A DNA stretch of 64,000 nucleotides from a virus. The translations under genes and the position numbers were made by a program. Under the pieces are notes generated by a model. It saw only the letters and a program-made list of their open reading frames with translations, was not told where the DNA came from and did no database searches. The stretch is from positions 7,669-71,668 of the IMG/VR virus record IMGVR_UViG_3300027741_000053. One strand, written 5' to 3'. Shown piece by piece: positions 17,916-29,900 of the stretch. The first letter of the stretch is position 1; every line of letters begins with the position of its first letter.

Positions 17916-20900
17916 GAGACATTATTGAGTCGTCTTCCGAAAATCCAGCTTCCCTGCGAAGCGTTTCAACCCCGTCCAGAAGATCATTTTTAGCTTTCAT
18001 CATTTCTACCATGTCTTCCCGTTTTTCCTTGGCGGATACGTCTTTGTCAGTAGACTCACCCTTCAAACGAATTGCTTGGTTAATGTTCTGAAGTTTTTCG
18101 TCAACCTTGTTGATTTTTTTGTAAAGAGCAATCAACCCTGCGTTTTTTTCTCTAAACTCTTCCGCTGACTGATCCTTCTGTCGGATAAATTTCAGTCTTA
18201 ACGTGTTGTATGCAGTATCAACTTCGTCCTTCAGATCATAAAACAACTCCTCCCGACCGCGAGGAACCTCTGGCCGAACGAACGGACCAACTAAAGGAGT
18301 CTGCTTAAGAGGAGTCTCTGGACGTTCTCCTGACGCTTCACCGATTAGGTTAGTAAAGTACTGAGCCAACGCCCCCGCTGAACCAAACGTGCTCTTAACA
18401 ATGTGATCCATTTGCATCGGGTTCAAAGCACCATTGGACAACTTGCTCAACGTTTTCCCTAGCTCAGAAGTCGCAGCCGTGTACTGCTCTTCAGCTAAAA
18501 CTTTTTCAAGTCTCTTGGGAACAATGTCTTTCCCAGACCAAAAATCTTTGTTGAGCCCAATCTCAATAACCGTTTTGACACCAGAAGGAAGAGGGTTTGG
18601 ACCGAGCAAAAGATCCATAGCCGCTTGGGACAATGCCTCCCTAAGTCGCCGACCGTCAACTTCATTATCAGTTCCGTACTTAACTACAGCGTTATAAAAC
18701 ATCTCCGGGATGGCTTTGAAAAAGTAAGCCGCCGCAGTGTTCATAGGGATAACAAAGTTAGTCCCAGGAATAATAAAGTTTCGGAGCCGGGTCTGATCGT
18801 CCAGCTTTAAGTACTCCTCATCGTCCCCAACAGCGAAACAATAAAGAAGAGTAATGCCCATCAACAAGGTTCCTGTTTTAGCCAGCCTTGCTAACGCCGT
18901 TAAACGGTCCATCCCTTTGAGTCCGCCAGTCAACAATGTTTGGGCGAGAACATCAATCTGGTTGGCATATGCCGCCATGAACGGAACGGTCTTGGTTACC
19001 GCTTGGGCTAATCGTCCTGAACCCCTGCGAAGGAAGTTAATAACGTTAGCTGCCTGATACAACGCAAGGTTCGCATCCCCAGTCTCTTTGAGAACCCGAA
19101 TGTAAATGGCTCGCCGTTGGGCCATGTCGGAGGCATCACCCCAGTGATCTAGCCCCCTCAGCACATAGTCAAAAACATTGTTATTGAGAACCCCGATCCG
19201 ACGCTTGACCTCCGCTTCAGGAGTACGGGCAGGGGAATAGAACCCACCAATCCCGGAAGATCTTAGAATTTCAACAATCGGATCGTTTGGCCTTAGAGAC
19301 TGTACAAAACCGTTGAACACTCCACCCATAAGAGCGGCAGGATTCTTCACTCCTGAAACCAGCGCGGCAGTCGGAGCGTCTTGAAAGATCTGCTTCAACT
19401 GGAAGGTTGGAGATATGGTGATTAATCGACGGGTCAGGTTGGCCACTGCGACCAATGGCTTAAACAGCTCTATATCAAGCGTTTTCATCCCAAAGATGGC
19501 TTCAGCTACAAGTGGATCTTGAATCTGAACAATGATTCTTCGACCCTTGTTCACAAAGTAGAACTTCCCTGCCTTAGGATCCACGCTCTCAAATTGCCTG
19601 ATCTGACCCTTAGCGTTCCGGGTTCCGTACTCACTAACAATCCTGCTCGCGGCGTACTGACGTACCGCGTTCATAGTCATACGCATGACGTTCTGCGTCA
19701 TGTTGTCGATGATGTTCTCGATCTCACGATTAGCGGTGATAACAACTTGATCCCCTGCACGAAGAGCCATGTTGAGCGTTACTTGCCCATCAGGAGTCGA
19801 GCTAACCTTAGACGCGGGGACGTTCTTCCCGTTGACCTTGACCGAAACTTGAGAAGACGGTTGAATCTCAAACGCCTTTTGATTAGCCTCAGCCGTGAAC
19901 ACAGTTACGATTCTTGACTTGCCTTCCTTGAAGATTTTTTCCCGGCCAATATTTTGAAGGGTCTTGGTTGTACTTTGGATTGGAGAATGTACATCCTCAT
20001 CTTCGGACATGATCCGATACCAAGGAACGTAGTCCGGGATCTGCGATAGAACGTCATATCGTTTGTCACTCAAAAGGCCAACTTGCTTCCAAACCTTTAG
20101 AAGGTTCTGGTTAACTGCTGTCCAGTTACTCATGATCCTTTGGAGTTCAGGATGTTCTTGATCTCGAGCAATGAACTCTTGAATTTCCTCATCCGACATG
20201 TTCACTTTATCAAGCGCAACCTTGATTGATTTAAGGTCTGCTTCCGCCTCATCCATGGCTTCTTTTGCTCGAAGCTGAATGGCAGGATCAGGATTGTTCA
20301 AAGATTGGTTGTACGCAACCACCGCGTCTTTGTACTCTTGTTCCCGAACTGCGTACTCATCCTTAATACTCTTAGACCGTTTGGCCTCTAAGTAACCTTG
20401 GATAATGTTTTCCCCAAGCTGATCCCCAAGTTTCTTCTTGAGTTCTGCTTGGGCCTTGTAGACGCCAACCATCCCCAACGGGGTCTCAGTTGCTACGAAA
20501 CGCTTATGGGTGTTGTCAAACTTCAGGCCACCCTGCATGACGACCTGAACCCCGATATTCCCGCTACTAATAGCATTATCGAGGGCAACAGAAGCAATCA
20601 CAAGCCCATGACTGTCCTGCAACGCTCCTTTGTATCGTTCAAAGTCTCGAGCGTTTAGACCAGCACCAAACCAAATAAACTTGTTCCGAAGGTACAAAAC
20701 TGCATTTTCAGCACTATTAAATATCTTACCCAGAGCCCATTGGGGATCATTAACGGCATCTCTAAAGAGCTCTGTAGATGCTTTTTTAGCATCAATCACC
20801 CAATCTTTGACTGGGTTAGTCTGAAGCATCGGGACGTTGGGGCGGTTGTACTTGTCAATCAGATCTTCGTCATCCTGACGGTACATGATGTTCTTTTCAT

Positions 20901-23900
20901 TCGGGCTAAATGTCCCGCGATTAAACACCGACTTGATCTGAGTAGGATCAAACACAATCCATTCGTTTGTGTTCTTTCCCCATCCCAAATTTTCACCGTC
21001 AAAGATGATGCCGTCGTATCCAGCTTCTTTAAGTTCTTTGATCGTTTTGGCTGAGATCAACTGAGGGAACTCTGAAGACCCGTTGGCAAATACTTCTCGG
21101 GCGTAGTCCAGCATTCCTGCGTCATCAATCATCAAAGGACTTTGAATGGACAAATACACCGGCATCACGCGGGTTCCTTCAACCTTGGTGCCCAAATTGT
21201 GAGCAGCAGGCTGAACATCTTTGTATGGGCTAAACCAAATAGCCGGTCCACTCAACGTAGGATCAAATCCTCCGGGTTTGAATTCAGTGAAGTCTTGTTT
21301 GGTTGCATGGTAGAAGGTCATCGGCTCGCCATCGTCGTCGATGGCTTTGCTGTTCTTAAACCACTTTTTAAATGCGTCTTCAGATGCCCGCACCGCACCT
21401 CGAGCAAAACCCTTCTCCCGGCCCTTAGCAGCTTCCCGAACCGTCCAGCTTGCACGAACAGCATCACCATAGGTGTACTTGTTGGCATCTCGAATAAGAC
21501 GAATGACCTCAGAATCCCCAACAGGAATCGTGAACCCGATCTTCCTGAGGAAGGTTTTGATCGCGTTAACAAGTCTGTTAACCCACTTTAGCTTGGGATC
21601 CTTCTCCGCCTTCTCAGCAACATACTCTTCGACCGCTTCCTCCTTGGTCATCCACAGATTCGGGTTCTTAACCTGATCCCGGTTTCTCTGGAGACGGGCG
21701 TCAACGTTCTTGCGAACCTCCTCGCTACCATCATAGATGGCGTTCATCATTGGGGCGTAGTCTTCCCCTAGAACTGCTCTCAATCCATAGTGGCCTGCCA
21801 GTTCATGTGCCACAGTCATCCACAGGGCTTGGGGATGAGCAATGTTGTCCGCAATCAGGAAGATTCTGTTTGAGTCCTGATGGAACAACCCCGGCGCCAG
21901 CTCCATCCCGCTGGCCCGCATCTCATTCAAAATGTTCTCAGGTAGGCTGTCAATCTTCTGAACCACCACTATTTCAGGGACTTGACCGCGCTCTCTAACC
22001 GGCTGAATCATTTTGTCGATGTCAGCTTTGCTCATCTTTTTGGATGACCGACGACCAGACATATACATGTTCTGGGCGTTTTGAGACAAAGAGCCAGATG
22101 GAGCGGAGCCTTTTAGCTTCTGCTCCCGAGCTTCGCGGGCACCTTTTTGGTTGCTCGTTGCAATTAGCTGAACACCCTTTTGAACGAGATAGTTAATACC
22201 GTTTATAAATTGCTCATCTTGGTAAACGGTAGATGTTAGATACGCTCCGCTGCCGTAAAAACCATTACCTAAAAGATCGGTTAGGTTTCTATCTTGATGG
22301 TACTGGCCGCCGCTTCTCTTTGGTTTAGAAGCGCTAAAAATATATCTATTGCCTCGTTTTTTGATTAGCAAATGCTTGTCAGGGGTTCCAACCTCAGATA
22401 GGGCTGAGGAATTTAAAAACTCCATGATCTCCCGTGGGTTTGCAAACTCAACAGGAGTGTTTTCTTTAACCTTTGCCCAGTCAAACTGACGAGACATTAG
22501 GATGCCTTGACCAGTCGTCCCGTCTTCTTTTGTATAAGAAATAATTTGGCCGGGGAACTTGGCAAACCCGGCCAACAAATTTCCAGAAACAAGCCAACGC
22601 TTTTCTCGGCGTACCGTTGCACCTTTGTCAAAGGTCTGTATTACCGGGATATCTTCTGCTTGCTGAGTCTCCGGGTTGTACCACATAACCGTGGACTCGG
22701 CAGCCAGTTCATATTTAGTGCCAATTTGGGAAAAGTTTAACGGTAAAGTTTTGTCTTCTCCGTTTGAAACAGCAATATTAATTTTCCAATCAGAACCCGC
22801 TGCTGGATTCTCGGTCCTCTTTGAGTTGGTTACGTTTGTAATAACACCAAACAACTTTTGACCAAGCTTATCCGTAATAGTAACTTGCGTTCCAATTCTG
22901 TAATTCTGTAATACAGCCACGGTCTTGTTTACAGATGCTGAAATTACATCTTGAGCTGCTTGAATTTTGACAGGATCTGGATTTTCTTGAGACTGAAGTT
23001 TTTCAGTAACTTTTCTATAGTACTCACGCGCACGTTCGCGCATGTCCTGTTCTTGCGCTCGAGCGATTGCAACAGGCTGTTCTCCGTTCAAACGGTCTTT
23101 AACAAGTTGTCGGACTTCATCACTAGAGTACGGCTTAACCGTACGCTTAACATCAATCCGCTCCATGATTGCCGGAGCAGCAAACAAAGATAAATCTTCT
23201 TTTTGTTCTGTTATTGGCTCAAAAGATAAGGTTTTAGCGTCAAGGTCTAGTGACTTAGCTTCTAGCTTGTTAGTGCCAAGACTGTCTTCTGAAGCAATAA
23301 GTTCGTTGTATCGACTGATTAGATCTGTGTAAATCTTTTCCTGTTCTTCAATTGGAAGAATAGGAATGTAGCCGGTCAGCTTACGGATATCCCCTTCATC
23401 TGCCTCAGTTGGATCTTCATCCAATGGAAGAATTTTTTGTCCCCCAAGTTTGTTGTGAATCTCTGGGTTATCCCTCAGAAACTCTTGGGCGACCTGACCA
23501 CCATAGTCGTTCATGAAGTCAACAACACCCTCTGCCGTCACCGCCGACTTACGCGAAGCCGTGGTGTTAGCGTTCAGGGACGCCATCTTCTTCATCAAGA
23601 CAGAAGCTGGACGCATCTCGGCTGGGATGTCAGCCATCATTTGGGAATATGCAGGAGCAATAACCTGCCCAGTCCGGTGAACACGCCCCAACATCTGCAT
23701 GTGGGTATCAATGTTCTTCTCAGCTTGCACAATGATCATGTGCCGCTTCTTCTTGTCTTTGACCTTAGAAGAAGCATGAAGCGACAGACCAGTAGATCCT
23801 GCTTGGTTCAGGATCAAAGCATCAATAGTGCCGTTGTTAAACCCTCGTACAGCATTGACTCGATTGCGAATACTGGATGACCGCGACCCAAGGACTGGAG

Positions 23901-26900
23901 TGTCTCCACCATAATTTACCGTGACTTCACGACCAGTAATTTCATCAACTTTGACGTTTCTTTCTTTACCGTCTATGTCTGTAATTTTAACTTTTTCCAG
24001 TTCGTTTTTAATGTAATCAATAGGCGAAATTGGAGCCGATCCAAATCCTGCTTTTTCAATTTGATCAGCAACTCGATTGTAAGCTTCGGTCAGAGTCGGC
24101 CCCAGTTCTTGATCTGACAAATAATGCTCAGTTACTTGTCCGTTTGGAGATTTAATTTTAATTATTCTTTGTTTTTTAAGATACCTCATATACATGTCTT
24201 TAAAAGACATGGATACAGGATCGCCCACTCTAAGGCCCATTTCCTCTGCATAATCCGCAAGAAAAGATCCCATTGTGTTGGAAACGGTAAGAACGGGCTT
24301 TTCTCCAGCCTTTATCAAATCAATAGCTTGTTTGACTGCTTGTTGAACTTTAAGAGCCAGCAACATTTGATCAATCAAGTTGTGCATGATTGATCCAAAG
24401 TTTGCGCTTTGGACTGTGGTTCTTTCTCCTGCCTGACCAGCAACTTCTCCTTTCTTATCCAAATCTTTTTGGATTTCTCGAATCAAACCTTCTTTGGCTC
24501 GAGAGAATGCAAGAATAGATCTCATGGCAGATGCCATGTTTTCTGCGGTAACTTTGTCTACTTCGGCGGGGACCGTGTCATAAGACACACCAGCAAACGT
24601 CCGCTCTCTACGGATGTACTGGCCATCCTTAGTTAACATTGTTGCGACGGCTTGCTGCATAGGAACGCCGCCGTTCTTGATTGCTTCACCAAGTTGTGAA
24701 GGATTGTCTACAGCCAAACTCATGTTTGTGCTGGAGTAAAGACTCATCACATCCGGACGCTTGGCATACGTCGCAGATGAAAAGAACGATCCAAACGACC
24801 TTTGAACAAGACCTCGAACAAATCCGGCTCGTCCAGTAATCTCTTCCTTCTCTTCTCCTTTTTTGCCTTTGGCCTCTCCTGCTCCACCGGCATTATGGCT
24901 TTCATCAAGAATAATATAATTGCCAGCGGCAAAATGGTTAATAAATCTTTGTCTTTCTGTTGTGGCCTTTCGCACAGCCTGCAACTGGCTATAGGTTGTA
25001 AAAATTACTTTGTAAAACGGAGGGTTTCCAAGACTATTATCTATTTGCATTTGCGCCATTAGATCGTTTAAGTCTTTGCCTTTTGCAGGAGCCTTTAAAG
25101 TAAAATTAGTTTCAGTAACTTCTCCGTTTATTTCTCTAACAATAGTATAAGGAACAGAGTCTTTGCTGTTGGTCATGAAGATCTTGGTTGTCTTTTGATC
25201 CAACCCAAGCTCATTGGTCATGCCAATATCGTCAAGATCGCGGATCATGTCCGCGTACAGGTTTGGTTTCTCAGTAACAAAGATAGGAATCTTGTCGTTG
25301 ACCAAAGCGTACTTAATCATCGCGGCAACGACTCGACCTTTACCGATACCCGTCTGGTCGCCAATGATGAACCCTTTCCCAGCTTGGGCATTACTAATAG
25401 CCAACGCAAGAGCGTCAACCTGCTCTGCCGAAAAGTTAAGACGCAAGTCTTCTGGTTCCATCTCAAGAGCTTCTGCAACATAGTTATCAATGTCACCTTG
25501 CTGCTCAACGATTCGATCTAACGCCTCTTGCGTTGCTTGTTGCATTGCAACAGGAGATAGCGTACCAACCGAAGATGCGTTAGATCGAGGAACGTATTCA
25601 ACTTGAGTGGCGGTCTCGGTCTCTGCCCCGCGTCGATCTGTTAGCTTAGATCCGACCCGCTCACCTGTGCTGCCGCTAGGTCCACCCACTCCAGCAGGTC
25701 CGTTTCCTGCAGCGCCTTCAGTGCCTCCGGATTGTACTCCGCCTTCGCCGGGAACACCTTCTTGTCGATTACCGACGCCCTTAGGAACTCCTGTAGGTTC
25801 CAGTTCCCCAGTACTAGGTTTTGCCCCGCGTCCTCCGGGTCTCCCCCCGGCAGGTCCAGCGCCTTGCTCGCTAGGCGTGACGCCTTTGGTCCCGCCTTCT
25901 CCGCCAGTTCCTGTACCCTGTCCGCCAGTGCCTCCAGCCACTCCCTCTCCGTTACCGGCCCCGGCTTGATTCTCACCGCTAGGAGTTCCAGCGGGGCGCT
26001 CATTCCTTGTGGAGACCACGCGACCATTTAACTTCTCCTTTAGTTCATCCCACGAGTTGTAAATCTTGGGTAGCTCCGCCGCAGGCAATGCCCGCTCCGA
26101 CTCCCCCCTTCCCTCAATCACAATCACATCAACAGGATACGAAGCGCCCTGCTTTGTATATAGATCGCCAGCCACTGTGAAGTGGTCAACAATGTTATAT
26201 TGGTTGTACAAATTGTAATAAAATGCCCGCTTTGCCGCGCCACGGTAGGCTTCTGTCCGGCCTTCATCTGAAGTCGGCAGCACTCCACCAACAATCAAAA
26301 CCGCACGGCCTTTGTCTTTCATGGTTTCTAAAGCCTTGAAAGCAATCGCGTGATCTATCTCGTTTGTGCTGTAGCCTTCCTTTACCGTGAACGAGATCGT
26401 CTTGCCGTTCTCGTCCTTAACCGCGCCAAATGGAGGGTTGGCAATCACAACGTCTTGTGACTTGGAAGCGGCAAGCTCATTCGTTGCCGCGTTCTGTGTG
26501 GTCACGGTAAATCCGAGCGCTCGCATCATCGCGGCACGAGTCGGGTTGAGTTCGTTAGCTATCGCGTTGTTAACCGACGCTCCGATCAAAAGCATCCCGT
26601 TGCCTGCGGTAGGCTCAAGCACCTTACTTTCAGGAGTCACCCCGGCAAGTTCAGACGCAAGGTAGGCCAATGGGACAGGAGTTGAGTACGCCTGATCCCG
26701 GATGCTTTCAGATGAACGAGTAGCCAAGTTGGGCTGTCGATTCAACAGACCAACCAGCCTATCATATACAACTTGATTGCCCCGCTTGCGTCCGGCTTTA
26801 ATGATCTCTCGAGCAGCCAGCACAATAGCCGTTTCAACGGTCTCGTCTGCTTGTTTGGCTAGTTCCGTTCCGGGCTCAATCTTTTGACCAGTGATCTCGC

Positions 26901-29900
26901 CAATCTTTTGACGAGCCTCAACGATGGTCTTAAACGAACCATCACCAATTAAATAGTCAGCTAGTTCTTGGGCAACTTGGAACTTACCCTCAGGAGTCAG
27001 AAGATCTGGCTTGGCTTCTTTTTCTTCAACCTTTTCTTCTTGTTTCTCTGTTTTGACTGCCCCGCTTTGAACGTCTTGGATAAACCGGATGACATATTTT
27101 TTCATCCGTTCAAGAACAGGCTGGCCAAACTTTGCTTTGACCATATCAATGATCATCTTCATGGCTTGCCGGATGTCTGAGGCAGCCTGTTTTAGATGAG
27201 ATATAGCCTCTAAAAATATAGGCTTTGCTTTGGCATAGGTTTCTTCATCAAACCCAATGCCAGATCGAAGCGTTGTTGTGTCGCCCGCTCCAAATAGTTC
27301 ACCAAGTGCATCAATAGACTTTGCCAAACCTGTGCCAGTTTCTTTGGCGGCACTACCCAAAAGCCCCGGAACTGTTGGCGTCTTAGCTTCTTTTGGAGCG
27401 GCTGGCTCTACCTTAGGAGGAGGATTGCCTGCTGCAATCTCCTCAAACATTGCGTCAAGTTGTTCTTCACTAAAGTGCTGCGGAGTTAACTGTTCAGGAG
27501 CTTCTTCAGGAGCTTCTTCAGAAAGCTCATCAAACATTTTGCTCAGTTCATCTTCAGTCAGCGGCTCAGTTGCAGGAGCCTTAGGCTCTTCAGGAGTTTC
27601 TGTTTTTAGCTCCTCAGTGGGCTTTTCTTCCGGCTTGGCTTCTAGTTCATCTAACCTAGCCTCAAGCTCATCACGTTGTTTGATACCAATATTTGGATTC
27701 TTCAACGTTTCACGGATGCGAGAAATCTCTTGCTCTGGCGTTTCAGTTTTAGGAACCTCTTCAACCTTAACATTGTTAGGTTCGTTCTTTTTTTCTTCAG
27801 GGGTTTGAAAAGGTTTGGCCTTTTCAATCTGTTCTTGAGCAAACTCCCGAGCCTTGACTTCTGCCTCATCCCCAAAGTTTTTTGTGGGAAAAATACGAGC
27901 CGATCCCGGAACATAGTTGCCAGAGTCAACATCAAACATGTTGGCTACATAACCCGTTGGCGTCTTAACAATGTGATACTCAACATTGTTGCCAACTGGC
28001 AATTGGTCAACGACCCCTAACATTTTTAGAACATCAACGTTAGGCAACTTTTGTTGGATCTGACCAACCGTCTGGCCGTTCTGCACCATCCGTCGAACTT
28101 GCTGCTCTACGTTGATTTCTTTGAGACGAACTTGAACTTGAGGATCGTTGGCAAACGCCCGAACCTCTTCAGGAGTATTGAAGGTAATCCCTGCTTCTTT
28201 GGCCGCGATCAGAACGGGCTCTTCAATACCACTTACTTTGGTCTCACCTTTTTGTTGAGCATCAAAGATTCCTTGGTAAAGGTTATCCGTCATCCCCTTG
28301 GCTGCGCCTTGGAATGCTTCCTTAATACTAGGAAGAGGGGCAACCTCTTCTTCCTCTACAATCCCAAGCTTGGGCTCCGCAGTTGGTGCTTCAACTTTTG
28401 GAGGTTCTTCCTGTGGAAGGCTTGGCTCAACTTTGTTAGCAGGTTGAGTTTGCCCGATTGTTGGCTCTCGCTTGGTTGACGGAGTAAGCTCGCCTAGCTT
28501 TGGCTCTCTGCTCTTTAGTGGAGCAAACGCATCTTCCCACGCACGGATTGCACGATCTTTAGCTCCTTCTGCTTCCGCATATTGAAGCTTTTCCGATGGC
28601 CCGCGTTCTTGCAGTTTGGCCAATCCAGCACTTGCGCCGGACATGATCCCACCCTGCATGATGGTTTGGGCAACCGTATCCCCCACCGCTCCAAGGTAAT
28701 CCTTAAACGTAGCGTTAGGATTGAGACCGATTCCGGGAGCAAGATCAGTAACAAACTGACCAGTTGTAGTAAACAGTTCACCCGGAAGTTCTTTCTTTAG
28801 AGTGTTAGATAAGAACTCTTTGGCCGCATCCAAAGGCATCCCATCAGCAATCTTTTTCAGTGCTGAAAGATTTCCTTTAATACCAAACCGTTCCCCAATA
28901 CCTTCAAGCGCCGCGTACAATGCAGCCCTAGCTGACGCTTCTACGCCGTCCAAACCTTTGGCTCGACCGTCTGAATACTCCTGACCAAAGGAGTTAACGA
29001 TCATGCTGCCAAGGGATATAGCTGCTCTTCCCGTAATTGCTCCGCCAAACATAGATGGAGCTTGTTGAGCAATCGAGCTAATCGCGCCTTCTAAGTTCCG
29101 CTCAAGGAATGTGCCCTTTTCTCCAAGACCCTCTTCAGTACCCCTAACTTTGTTAGCGTACCGAACCATGTCTTTGCCGGTGTCCTCAAGCCCAAGCCCA
29201 TCTGCAATGGCTTGGTTAACACCCAGCGATGCTTTGCCAAGAGCTAACGCACCTTTGGTCACGCCCCGAGCAATCGGGTTATTTAGGCCGGGTTTTGCAA
29301 ATGTTCTAGCAATATCAAAGTTAACATCAGTCTTTTCAACTTTGCCGGGGAACAACGCAGCTTCTTCTTCACCCGGTTTGACGCCACTGGCAATGCCTAC
29401 GTTAGTTAGATAATTAGCTACATCTTTTGAATAGCCCTTACGGCGTAATATTTCTTCACGCGCTTCCCGCCGAGGATCCACCATAGCCAAGGCGCCTTTG
29501 GGAACCTCTTTTGGATATGCTTGTGCCAGTTCTTTTGTGATAACTCCTACATATCCTGGCGCGGACTCGAGAAGCTTCCGCTGCTCTGGCGTGGCATTTT
29601 CCCATGCCGTTGTTACGCGGCGGCGCTCAGTTTCTGATACCGGCAACGTCGCACTAGGCAACGGAGCGCGTTTGGGAACATTCTCCATAAGCGCCCCAAG
29701 ACCTTTGACCTCTTGAGGAGGGGCTGGAGGAGGAGGCGCAGGAGCCTTCCGTGGCAGACCAATGACTGGCTGTTCACGAAGCTGCTGTTGAGCTTTCTTA
29801 ATATCTTCTTCGCCAAAGCCTAGCGAAGGCATTTCAGCTTTTGGAGCTTTTTCTTTAAGCGCGGGAACAATCTCCCACTGGCCGTTTACTTCATAAGCCA

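Noticed and set aside
18434-29816. Many antisense or alternate-frame ORFs within the giant gene (other than 25641..26027)
   Set aside because: They look like shadow ORFs: no convincing RBS noticed and composition mirrors the main frame.
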